Source of the DNA: Microthyrium microscopicum
Taxonomy: Eukaryota
DNA length: 64,000 nucleotides
Assembly (NCBI GenBank): GCA_010405405.1
Contig: MU004240.1
Span: forward strand, 820,316-884,315
Direction of reading: 5' to 3'
Notes under the pieces: generated by a model
The model's input: only the letters and a program-made list of their open reading frames with translations
Told to the model about the DNA's origin: nothing
Database searches by the model: none
Translations under genes and position numbers: made by a program
Shown here: in pieces, positions 40,494 through 53,172 of the stretch
Position numbering within the stretch: the stretch's first letter is position 1
How the letters are laid out: every line of letters begins with the position of its first letter

Positions 40494-43400
40494 TGTAATG
40501 AGCTGCGGAACTTAAGCGAGTAAATAATTAGATTGTATTCTAGAATCTATAAATAGGAAAGAGAGAGAAGAAGATCTAGAAGAGTTATAGATTTATAAGG
40601 AAAGTAAGTTTACTTAGTAGATCCTTAGGCGTACTAACCCTCTTAGGTTTAGTATATAATTTTATAATAAGATCTTTCTTATAATACTACTATAAAGCCT
40701 ATAAAGAGGAATTATTATATAACCTTCTTTTTTAGTATAGCTTTCTAAGCTATAAATTACTAATTATAACTACTTTCTTAGTTTCTTCTATTTTAATTTA
40801 GTTTAGTCTAGTCTAGTCTAGCCTAGTCTAGTTTAGTCTAATAAACTTTTAGTAATAAGTAATATTTTAATTCTTCTATAGTATAATACTAATTATACTA
40901 GTTATTTAGAGTATCTTAACCTCTAGCCTATTAAGGTAACTATTAAGAAGTATTAATAAACCCTAAGATATTCTTAGAATACTTTAATTCTTAAGTTTTA
41001 GTAATCTAGTAGTTAGTAATTCTATTAATATAAAAAAATTAGTAGTATAATTATTTACTTCTCCTAATTAGTAAGAACGCTATTAGAGTTATAATTAATA
41101 CTATTACTAGTAGGCTTTAGTATTAGTAGTATTTAGGTAAGGTATAGGCCTAGCTTACTAGGGTACTAAGTATAAAACTTAGTAATAAGCTTTAGTATAT
41201 TCTTAGTAGCTATCTAATTATACTATTTAGCTTTATTATAACTAGTATACTTAATCTTATATTATAGCTTCTTATATTAACTAATAAAGTAGCTATTAAT
41301 AATAGCATTAATAGACTATTTATTATTATCTATAGTTTCTTTAATAACTACTAGTAGTAAATTAGTATACTTAAGTAGCTTAGTGTTATNNNNNNNNNNN
41401 NNNNNNNNNNNNNNNNNNNNNNNNNNNNNNNNNNNNNNNNNNNNNNNNNNNNNNNNNNNNNNNNNNNNNNNNNNNNNNNNNNNNNNNNNNNNNNNNNNNN
41501 NNNNNNNNNNNNNNNNNNNNNNNNNNNNNNNNNNNNNNNNNNNNNNNNNNNNNNNNNNNNNNNNNNNNNNNNNNNNNNNNNNNNNNNNNNNNNNNNNNNN
41601 NNNNNNNNNNNNNNNNNNNNNNNNNNNNNNNNNNNNNNNNNNNNNNNNNNNNNNNNNNNNNNNNNNNNNNNNNNNNNNNNNNNNNNNNNNNNNNNNNNNN
41701 NNNNNNNNNNNTAGAATGCTATACTAAGATAGAGTATAATATCTATATATTTATATAAATACTTCTAGAATATAGAGGTAAATTAGCTACTATAGTTTAA
41801 AAGAATTATTAATAGCTAGCTAATAAGCTTTTATATATAATTAATAAAGGCTAGTACTATTAAGTTTATAAATAGGTTTAATAATAAAATAAAACGCTAA
41901 GTTTATATATATTAGTTAATAACTACTATAACGTATTAATAGATTATACCTTAGTATAAATAGTAAAGTAGTAAGATAGTAAAGTTAATAGAAATATCTA
42001 ACTATATATATTTAAGGAAAGGGAATTAATATAGAAAGCCTTACTTCTTTTAGTAAATAGATTTAGTAAATATATATTTATAACCTTTAATAAAGCTCTT
42101 AACGTTCTATAATATCTTAGGCTACTAATAATCTTTTTATAGGTAATAATAAGTTATTATTACTTTACTATAGCTTATAGCTTTATAGCTATATATACTC
42201 TATATAGTATAATACTAAAGCTTACCTTAAAGAATAAAAATTTAGTTATAATAAAGAATTATTTTATTAATAGCTACTACGTAGTCTCTAAGCTTAATTT
42301 ACTTTTATTTTAAAGTACTAAAGAGTAAGAAAAGCTAGTAATTAGTCTTAGTATAGTAAATAGTAATTATTATTTTATTATATTTTACTATATTTATAAT
42401 ATTCTATAAAAACTAGTTACTATTAAAATCTAGGAATAAGTTATCTCCTAAAGAATTAAGTAGCTTATCCTTAAGCGTCTTATTATTACTAAGAGACTCT
42501 CTTATAAGATTAAGTAGCTTATCTATAGGATTAGAAATATTTAACTTATTCTAAGTAATAGTAGCTAAGTATAGTATTAAGAAGTAAGTAGATTTAATAA
42601 GTAATATAGCTAGCTTTATTATATATTTTATATTAAATTAGTATAAGAATAGTAAAGGTTAGACTTATTAAGAGACGTAAAAATTATTATTACTTTATAA
42701 AATATCTTATAACTAATAAGTAAGAGTATTTACTTTTTTATTAGCTATACTTAGGTAGTACTTTATTTTAAAGTAAAACTAAGAGAAGAACTTAGCTTAT
42801 TTAGCTTATTATTAAGAAAGACGTTTTATTATTATAAATATCTAAAAGTTATAGTAATTAAAGAATACTTAAATAGAGTTAATAAAGCTAAATAGCTCTA
42901 GTTCTTACTCTTTAAATATATAGATAATAGCTAGAAGCTTTTTATTATAAATATTATAATTATATTCTACTAAAGTTATCTTCTTTAAAAAGTATATAAT
43001 TAGATAAAGCTTCCTATTATTATCTTTTTAAGAAAGAACTATAGTATAAACTTAATTTAAAGCGTCTATCTTTAGCTATATTTCTTTTATATAGTTAAAG
43101 TAACGTAATATCTTAGTAAATATAAAGTCTTACTTTAGCTTCTTAAATATATATTCCTCTAGCTTATTAAGGTCTTAAGGAAAGATTATTATAATATCTT
43201 TCTTTATAAGTACTATTAGTAGTACTATAGTCTTTAAATATTTAAGAATAAATTAGTAATAGAAGTTAGTAAAGCTAAGGAAAGCTTAAATATCTTTTAT
43301 TAAAGAAGGATATTACTAGTTAATTATACTTTAAACCTTCTTTAAGTCTATCTTAATACCTTTAATAGTAATAATTAAGCTAAGGTATTTAACTTATTAA

Positions 43401-46400
43401 GTATTAAATTTATACTTCTAAATATCTAAGTATAATCCTACTTTACTTATTATCTTTAGAACTAGATAAATATAAGTAATATAGCTAGCTTTAGTATTAC
43501 TAAAGATTAATAGATTATCTATATAGCTTATAATAAAGTTATCTAGGTAATTAATTAAGATATAGTTAAAATAAGCTTAGAAGGTCTTTAAGGCTTTAAT
43601 AAGGCTAAAGAATATAACTTTAAATTTATATAACCTATAATAAGTTAGAAATATAATTTTATATTTATTACTAAGTTTAATATAGATATATATAAAGGTA
43701 GTAATAATATTAAATTTAGAAAAGTATTTTATATAATAGATATAGGTAAGTATTTCTAGTAGCTATAAAGGAATATTATAATTCTTTTATATAATCTTAT
43801 TAAGTCTATAATAATTAATATAAACTTAAATTTCTTCTCTTAGCTTATATATATATAGTATTAATATAGTATAATATAACTTACTAGCTTAAACTTAATC
43901 TTAACTAAGTATCTAATTAACGTATTATTTAATAATAAGGGATTCCTAATAATCTAGGTTATTATAATAATATTTAAAGATTATAGCGTCTAGGATAATA
44001 TTAATAGAGTAATTCTATTTACTATAGTATAATATAAGTTTATTACCTAACTTTAGGTTAAAAACGTTTATATAATAGTAATATTCCTTTAGTAAGCGTT
44101 TAAGAATCTCTTCTTATAAAAGAGAAGGCTTATTATACTTCTCTTACTATTTTTTAAAATCCTTAGATAAGATTTTACCTAAGTTAATAGTAATATCTTT
44201 CTTTAGTATAGGATCTAAATCTAGAGGTTTTTTTTTCTTTTTATCTTTAAAGTTATTAGGCTAAATTTTACTAAATTACTAGCCTTATTTTAGTAACTTA
44301 ATAAAGGTAGTAGTATTAACTATAATAATATTTTTAAAATAAGAGTCTATTAAATTAACTAAGTAGCCTTTATAATCTACTAAAATTAGGTAGCTTACTA
44401 GTAAGTAATATATAAGGTAGTAGTCTAAGTTAAAGTAGATTTACTTCTTACCTTCTTTAAAAGTAACTTTATAGAAGTTAATTTAAGAATTACTAAGGAT
44501 AAGGTTATAGCTAATAATATTTATAATAAAGTAGTAAATTTATTTAATATACCTTTCTAAATAGATATTAACTATAATAGCTTTATTAACTTTTATAATA
44601 GCTTTATTATTAACTAATTATATAATTTAAGGAGTAAAGAAATTAATAGTAAGGATTCTATATTATTTAATAAAGTTAGGGTAAATAATTCCTATTACTC
44701 TACTACTAGTATCTATAAAAATATTAATTTTTAAGTAGTAGCCTTATTTTAGAAAGAATATAGTATTAGAGGTAGTCTATTAGTTACTTACTATAGATAT
44801 AATAGCTACTTCTTAGGAATAAAAATTATATATTATAAAGATAAGGAATATTTTAATAATAGCTAGTTTAGTATTATTAAATATAATAGGCTCTAAGGAT
44901 AATACTTATTAAAAATTGCCTTCTAGGTACTAAATAGTTTTATTAACCTTATATTAGATTTATTCTTTAGAAAGAACTAGCTTAGAGTTAGGTTCCTCCT
45001 TCTTCTATTACTAATTATATACTTCTTACTTATTTAGCTCTTTTGTATATCTCTATAGAGGAGCTTTTAGTTTTTTATATTATTACTATAATTATACTTA
45101 TTATAATTATCCTCTATAGTTAAGAACTAAAGAGATTAAGTAATAATTTAATTATAAATAGTAGTAAACTTTATAATAATAGTAGTAACCTTTAGTTAGA
45201 TTTTAGCGTCTAAAAGGGCATCTCTATTTTTATATAGTATTAAGTTATACTAATAGCTATAGCTTTTCTTTTTATACTTTATATAATAGTTATTAGCCTT
45301 TAAGACGTTATAGATATCTAAAAAATAATTAAACTTTAGTTTTTATTTACTACCTTTAGCTATTAAATAATTATTATTATTATAGCTTCGTAGATTAATA
45401 AAGGAAATATATTTAATATAATAAGTAATAATATATAAGCTTTTAAGAAAGTTAGTAAATATTTTTAATTTTATAAAGAGTACTCTTTTTATAAACTTTA
45501 GAAGTAGAAAAAGACGTATTTTAATAATCTTATCTTAATTACTAAGCTTAGCTTCTTATAAGTTTTCTAAGAAGTAAGCTAAGAATTATTTAAGCTTTTT
45601 AATAAGCTTTATTATAGTTTCTTAACTTTTAAGCTAGGTCTTAGTAATAATATAGCTATCTTTAATACTATACTTATAATTTAGGTTAGACTATATTTCT
45701 ATTATAAATAAATATAGATTAGTTAACTTATAATTATTTTACTTATTAATAGTACTAAATGCTTAATCTTTTATTACTCTTTAGATAACTTAGATCTTAA
45801 AGGCTTCTATAAAATAGACTTATATATTATTATTAAAATAATCTAATACTTTACCTTTCTAAGTATAGTACTTCTACTTATTCTTTCTTAAGAAGAGTAA
45901 AAGCTTATTACTCTATACTTTAAGAAAAGAAGCGCTACTAACTAAGTTAAGGTTAGAAAAGAGAGTAGTTTAATATAAGTCTAGTATCCTTAGAAGTATA
46001 TTTAAGTTAGGTTAATCTATATTTTAAGCTAAGAAAGTCTAGCAAAATAAATTATTATTTATTAACTTATTATAATTAAGATAAGAATTAGTTACCTTAG
46101 TAACTAAAGGTTTTTTTTAAAAGGCGTTAACCTAAGCTTAAAAGATAGTAGCTTTATTTACTTTCTTCTATAGAGCCTTATAGTATTTACTAATCTTATT
46201 AATATAAATAGTAAGTGCTTCCTTAAGTAGATTATTATTATATTATAGTTTTTATATCTTTTAATAAGTAGTTACTACTTCCTTAAGAATAATAGTATTA
46301 TTTTAAATTTACGCTTTAAAGTAAGTAATTTACTTTATATATTTATTATTAGTTTTAGCTAAGTCTTATATTTCTCTCTAAGCTTTTAAAGCTTTTTTCT

Positions 46401-47892
46401 AGAGAATATAGATTAAGTCTATATTATAAGTATTTATATTCTACTTAATTTTAAAGAAATAAGCTATAATTTAAGAAGCTAATAAAGAGGCGTAAAGCTA
46501 TATAACTAAGTTATTTAGTATAAGCTTTTCTTTTAATAGATACTCTAGGTCTATACTTAATTTAATTAGATAATAAGAGTAGTAATAAAAGTTTAATTAC
46601 TTTTCTTTATAATAGAAATATATTTCTATATCTTTTAGCTTATTACCTTTTTTATTAAGTATCTTTTATATTTAAGTAGCTTAGAAGATTAAAGGGTTCT
46701 TATTAATAATTAAAGTAACTAGTTAATTAAGGTCTACTATTATAGAGTAGTAAGATATTAATATAAGTAATACTCTAAGGCTTTTAGCTTATTAGTATAG
46801 TTCTATTAGCTATTTATATATTCTAAAAAAAAGTCTAGTATTATTATTAAATTAAAAAAGAGCTAATAGTTAGTTATCTTCTATATTTATTTAGTTTAGT
46901 AAAGTTATTTAACTAGTATTTTAAAAGGCGTCTTCTAATGCTTTAGTCTCTTTACTTTTATAGCCTTATTCTAATAGATAATTATCTTTTAACTTATCTT
47001 TATTTTTTAATAACGCTCTTAAGTTTAGTTCTAGTAGTTTTAATAGTCTTAAGATATTCTCTACTAAATTTACTACTTTTTAAGTAGTATTTAGTTATAC
47101 TATATTTTAAGTATTAAGTCTACTTTAATACTTAGTATATATAGTAAAAGAGTAATATAATAGAGATAAGTTATATAAGTATATAAAAGATAGAGATTAA
47201 TACTAATTATGAAGCTAAGTATAAATAACTAAGAATAATAAGTAAGCTATATAGCTATTAACTTAAGTCTATTAAGTAGAAGCCTTATTAGCTATAGTTA
47301 TAAATAATAAAGAAAGGTATTAGAAGAGAATACTTATTTATTTAATATATTTTAATAGTAAGTATATTAAGTATAATTATAAATATTTAGTAGTAGTATA
47401 AAAGATAAACTTTAGTATTTTATAGAACTAAGGATAAGGAGTAATTAATACTTAGGCTATTAGTAGGTCTAAAAGTATTAAGGAATCCTAACGCTCTAAT
47501 TAGATAAGGAGTTAGTAGAGCTAATAGATTTAATAAATCTATAAAGGATCTTTAATAAAGTCTAAAACTATATATATAGAATATTAATCTATATAGGCGC
47601 TTCTTTAGAAGTAAATTCTAGGGTATATAATATAAATACGTAGATATTTAAATAGTTTATAAATTATATAATAAGCTATAGAACTTAAGCAAGCAGATAA
47701 TTAGATTGTATTCTAGAATCTACGAACAAAAGAGAGAGAGAAAAAGATCTAAAAGAGCTATAGATCTATGAGGGAAGTAAGTCTGCTTAGTAGATTCTTA
47801 GGCACGCTAACCCCCTTGGGTCTAGCGCGTAATCTTACAACAAGATCTCTCTTATAATACTACTATGAAGCCTATGAAGAGGAATTATTACA
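40494..47892 (-). mobile_element. Full-length Ty3/Gypsy chromovirus LTR retrotransposon, RIP-inactivated (copy 2, same family and orientation as copy 1)
   Basis: 226-bp LTRs at 40494-40719 (starts TGTAA) and 47667-47892 (ends TTACA); TSD CTTAC on both sides. Collinear with copy 1, differing mostly by transitions; contains the assembly gap. Confidence 0.93.
41390..41711. other. Assembly gap (322 N)
   Basis: N run inside LTR element copy 2. Confidence 1.
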
Positions 47893-48699
47893 CTTACTAT
47901 CTTTTAAACTAGTTTAGAGTATAAATTATTTCTTTACCTATATAATAGATATTCTAATAGTTTAATAAATTCTACTAAATATATAATATTAGGTCTAATA
48001 GAGTAATAAAGTATCTACTTTATAGATAAAGAAGTAAAAGAAGATATAATAATAAGAAAGAATTTAATTTAAAGAAAAATAAATAATTAATATATAGAAA
48101 GAATAAAGAAATAAGATTAAGAACTAACTAAATTATTTAATAGTAAAAAATAGTAAAAAGTAATTAATTAACTAATAAGAGAAAGTTAAAAGAAAAATAT
48201 AATAATAACTAGTTAATAATTAAAAAGTAGAAAAGATAATAAGAAGATAACTAATTAATAACTAATATAAATAATAAATAAGAAAAATAAGAAAAGAGTA
48301 TCTATCTAATATTAAAGAAAGAAAGAGTACTTAACTAGTTAATAGTTAAAATATTTAAAAACGAGATAACTAATTAATAGTTATAGTAGCAAAGAGAAAA
48401 TAAAGAGTAGTAACTAATTAATAGTTAAGAAAATAGTACGAAAAGTAGAAATAGTATTAGATCTAATAATAAAAAAGAATACTAAGACTCCCTATTTATA
48501 TAATTAGAGAGATTTCTTCTAGCCTAATAGTAACTTATTTATTCTAATTATTTAAGACGCTAGGCTAGTAAAATATATTAACCTAACTAAATATTTTATT
48601 TTATTTTAGTTTAGTATACTTAGTTTTATTAGTATTAAGCTATATATTATTAATAGTATCTAGAACTTCTTTATAATTATCTAGATCCTTTTAGTTAAA

Positions 48700-50420
48700 C
48701 TAATTTATAAGAAAACTAGGCTAATTAAAACTACTAACTAAAGACGTTAGTTATAATAATTCTAAAGAATTCCTACGTTTTTAATATTTCTTTACTATAA
48801 GACATAATATATAATATACTTAGTAATGCATAGTAAACTAAACTATTATTTATATAATAAATAAGTTATTAAAAACTATATATAAGTCTATAGAAACTTA
48901 GTAAGTCTTAAATATATCTAATATAAAGATACTATTATTATTATAAACTTAGCTTAACTATATAGATATTTCTAAAAGCAAGAACTATTCTAGATCTAAA
49001 TAATATTAATTTTAGTTTATACCTTATATAGTTAGAAATAAATATATTATAGATATTAAACTAACTTTATATATTATTAAACACCTCTTAGATAGCTTAG
49101 AATAAATAATCCTCTATAGTCTCTATTAGCTTATAGAGATTCTTTAGCCTCTCCTAAGGTAGGTAAGGCTAATTAAGTTATTTCTAAATTAAATAGCTAT
49201 TCTAAATATATATAAAACGTAATATAAGCTATTAAATAAGTAGAATATAAATAAAAAGAAATATAACTATTTTAGGTATCTTATCTAATGTAAATTTACC
49301 TTAATCCTATAACTAAATAAAATAAAGCTATATAAGAGTTAGTTATAAGAATATATAAAATAGTATAATATAAATATTTATACTAACTTTTTATAACCCT
49401 AAAGTATTTCTTATAAGTTATTTCTACTAAGCCTTAATCTATTAATTCTCTTTACTAGTTCTAAAGTAATAGCAATCTTAAATTATAATATAAAGAGAAT
49501 TATTAATAATAGCTTAAATAGCTTATATAAGCTAGAGTTAAGCATTAATAATTAATAGCGTTTCGTTTCCTTTATTAGTATAAATAATAGTAGGAATAAT
49601 ATTAATATTATTAACTATATCTAGAAATATTTTATATATAGCTATAGATATTATTATAGAAAGGCTAATATATAACTAAATAATATAATAATTATATATA
49701 TTTATTATTATATATATTTTAATACTAAATAGCTAAAGTTTTAAATATATATCTATTAACTAAATATAGTTAAAGCCTAAAGAGTATTATTAGCTATAAT
49801 ATTATTATAACTATCTAAGACGTATAGCAATATTACTAAGCTAAAATATATAAATAAAATTAAAAAGATAATCTCTACTTATTTATTAATATATAATATA
49901 AGAAATTAAGATAAGAAAAATATACTAAGAGATATTAATACCTTATTATTAGAAATATATATAAGATAGACCTTAACCTAATAAATTTATAATACCCTTA
50001 ATAAATTTAGCTTATACTACCTCTTATATCTATTCCTTTTATTCTTTTTATTTAGATTTACTAAGTTAATAATTAAGACCTAACTCTTTATAAATTTTTA
50101 CTAGTTAAAGTTAAGTAATCTTAAAGCTATCCTTATAAAGTTTTTTAAATAGCTTATCTTTATAAATAATATTATTTAGAAATAAAGCTAAAATACGTAA
50201 TTAAAGTTATAAAAAGTTATTTTAAAAGATCTTAGTATATTTTTATACTTTCTATTTAGAAAAGATACGTTTAAGAGTTAACTTTAAAAGAAAGGTAATT
50301 TTAAGATTTACTAATAGATAAACTATTTAGAGAATAGTAAAACTCTAAACTAAATATAGATTTATAATATATTTATAATAGAGCTCTAAAAGCTTTAAGT
50401 TTATAGTATTTAGCTTCTCT
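48700..50420 (-). pseudogene. RIP-inactivated DDE transposase with an IS3/IS481-like integrase core and a Clr5-like N-terminus (boundaries approximate)
   Basis: Minus-strand reading: GFNYI*LID(49751-3)IYLKL*LFSIKIYIIINIY (from GPN.IWS.D..KL..FGIEIY..ID.Y); IPTIIYTN(49574-6)KGNET (from P..IR.D.G.ET); DCYYFRTSKEN**IK(49433-5)A**K*L (from FG.S..NQRIEAWW.QL); after an intron GTTAGT..CTAAC..TAG, I*NSYLI*K* (from WN.H.IRKQ). Most differences are G-to-A or C-to-T. Confidence 0.82.
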
Positions 50421-50959
50421 TTGCCTTAAGTTTCTTATTTATAAAAAATAGCTCTAATTATACTTTTAGAAACTTTATAGTTTTTTTCTATAGTAAGTTA
50501 TTCTTTAATTTAAATATATATTAATCCTTATCTTTATTATTAATATATCTTAGCTTAATACTACTCTAAAGCTAAGACTCTTCTAAAAGAGTAAGGATTT
50601 CTAAGTATTTTATAAAGATAGTATAGATATAGTAAAGTCTTATAGCTTCTTTATTATTATAAATAATAAGAAGAAAAAAATATATACTATATTTAAATTA
50701 AAATAAAGTTATACTAAAATATAGAGTTTATTAATAAAGATATATAAATATTTAATAAAAAAATTAATAATAATTAGATATTATATAGTTAAGATAATAA
50801 TAGAATATATCTATATAATTAATATAATTATATAAATAATTAAGAAAAAATATTCTATAAAAAGTATATAATATTTAATTCTCTAAAGTCTATTTAAAGC
50901 TATTACCTTAATACTAAAAATTATATAAATATACTAGTTTATATAGACATCCTTTATAA

Positions 50960-51340
50960 ATACTATTACTAAATATTCTATTAATATTATTATAGAGTTA
51001 AATATCTTAATATTACGATTTATTTATATATATACTTTTTAAGTATTTATAAATGCTATAAGTAAACATTTTATTAAAGTTATTATAGAGTTAAAAATCT
51101 TAATATTACGATTTGTTAATATATTTAGTTTTTAAGCGTTTATAAGCATTATTACTAGTTATTCTATTAATATTATTATAGAGTTAAATATCTTAATATT
51201 ATAATTTATTTATATATATAGTTTCTAGATATTTATAAATGCTATAAATAGACATTTTATTAAAGTTATTATATACTTAAAAATCTTAGTATTATAATTC
51301 ATTTATATATATTATTTTTTATATTTATAAAATATTATTA
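50960..51340. repeat. 93-bp tandem repeat, about 4 units arranged as two 186-bp dimers
   Basis: The motif TATAGAGTTAAA(T/A)ATCTTAATATTA recurs at 50991, 51084, 51177 and, more diverged, at 51270. Alternate units are more similar to each other. Confidence 0.82.
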
Positions 51341-53106
51341 TTAATATTTATAATTATAATTATTTATTTATAAATATCTTTACTATAAGTTTATATTATA
51401 TAGTATTATAAAATTAATATTATTATAAGTATAAAAGTCTTATTACTAATTTTATTAAGAATATAGAGTTCTATATATTTATTAAGGTTTTATTAGCTAT
51501 TTAAAGTAGACGTACTATTATAAATTTATAAGAACGTAGAAATATTAAAATTTATAAAAAGGAGTTTATTATATTTATCTATAGAAAAGAAAAGAACTTA
51601 AGGTAATAAAAAGCTTAAAAATAAGCGCCTATATATTATATCTAATATTTTATTTACTATAAAATATTTCTTACCTATATTAACTTAAAAGAAAATTAGT
51701 TAATTTTATAAGACTAGTTATAAAAACCTTTATAATATATAAGTTTATTATTAATTTTATTAACCTAAGTAGAGTAAATATAGACTTTCTAGTTAGTAAT
51801 TAAGTTAGCATAACCTTTATAAGTAAGTTTATCTAAGTTCTTTTAATATAAACTTATAAGAAAATACTTATAAGTATATATACTACTATAAGTAATCTAA
51901 TAAGCCTATAAAAATATTAGTTAAAATTATATAAAAGAAAAAATTAATTTAATTTATAAGTATATTAATAGAATTAATAGAATTTATAACTACTATAGTA
52001 ATAGTAAATAGGCTAGTAAAAACGTGCTTATATATAAGCTACTTAATTAGGTTATAAGTTAATATATAAACGTTACTAATATAAATATACGTAGTAAAAG
52101 TATTAACTAATATTAAAAAGATAAGATTATTATTAATAAAGATAAGTTATTTCTCTAAAGTATTAGTCTAATAAAATTAAGTAGACTATAAGTAGAGAAA
52201 AGCTATATTAAAAAAAATAGTAAGTTCTTTAAGACTTAGAGTACTAGTAGTATTAGCTAAGATATTAAAGTTAATAAAATAAGTATAAATAAAGGCATTA
52301 ATACTAACTTAACTAACTATAATCTAACTATTATAAAGAGTCTACTAAATATTAATTAGTATTCTAGTAGTAGCTTATTAAAATATTAGTTATTATTTAT
52401 AATTTATATATAAAACTTACTTTAGTAATAATAACTAATTATTTAAAAGAAATAAGTAAAGTAGATAAATAAAGCTAGTAATTAAGAAAAAAAAATTTAA
52501 GAAATTTCTTATACTTATAAAATACTAAGAGCCTTTAAAAATAAAGAGAGAACTATTAAGAAAACTTTTATATAATAAAAGAACTTTATAAGATATAATA
52601 GTAGATACCTATTAAAAGTTAAAGTTAAAGAAAAAAGAAGAAGAGATATAAAAGAAAGAATTATAAGGCTTTATAAAAGTAGTAGAATAGCTAATATAAT
52701 AAAATTCTAAGCACTACTTTAAGCCTACTATATTAAAGCTTTAACTTTAAAAAATATATATTAAGGTTTTAATATTAAAATATTAAAAAAGAAAGCTATA
52801 ATAAGTTTATTATAGTACCTAACTAAATAGAAAATATTCTCTAAGATTCTATTTATTTCTTTTTAGTATAGCTAGAAATAGTAATAATAAGTTAAACTCT
52901 ATAATAAGAAAGAATAAGTTAAGAGTTAAATAAGAAAAGTCTAAAGAAAGAAGTTATAATACGTTTATTATAATAAAAGCTTTAAATATTAAGTACTTTA
53001 AATTATTAAGCTAATTATTAGGGCTTTTTCTAATTAGTTAAATTTTTACTATACTTTTATATAATATTAAGAATATAGTATATAGATATAACATCTTAGT
53101 AGAATT

Positions 53107-53172
53107 ACGTTTTAGGTTAGGTAAAGTTTTTAAATAGGTCTTGTAATACTTTAGTACTAACTGTCTACCATA
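53107..53172 (-). repeat. Right terminal inverted repeat (reads TATGG... from the outer end)
   Basis: Reverse complement TATGGTAGACAGTTAGTACTAAAGTATTACAAGACCTATTTAAAAACTTTACCTAACCTAAAACGT; immediately followed by CAAGAC on the plus strand. Confidence 0.82.

Larger units (their letters stand above)
18201..53172. mobile_element. Large RIP-degraded TIR DNA transposon, IS3EU-like (34,972 bp as assembled; about 19.9 kb without the two nested LTR elements)
   Basis: 66-bp TIRs at 18201-18266 and 53107-53172 align without gaps (46 identities, 15 transitions, 5 transversions). Direct repeat CAAGAC at 18195-18200 and 53173-53178. IS3/IS481-type DDE transposase relic at about 48.7-50.4 kb. The ends coincide with the GC-to-AT compositional switches. 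Confidence 0.78.

Noticed and set aside
41383..41727. 114-aa ORF in the ORF track
   Set aside because: Artefact of translating the N gap.
18240..53150. Centromere or telomere interpretation of the AT-rich block
   Set aside because: Only isolated TTAGGG hexamers occur, with no array. The block is bounded by TE ends, and centromere function cannot be inferred from sequence.
18201..53172. Starship (tyrosine-recombinase giant element) interpretation of the island
   Set aside because: I could not recognise a captain tyrosine recombinase at either end. Long symmetric TIRs, a 6-bp TSD and a DDE transposase fit a cut-and-paste element better. The TTAC-containing repeats seen are TSDs of the nested LTR element.
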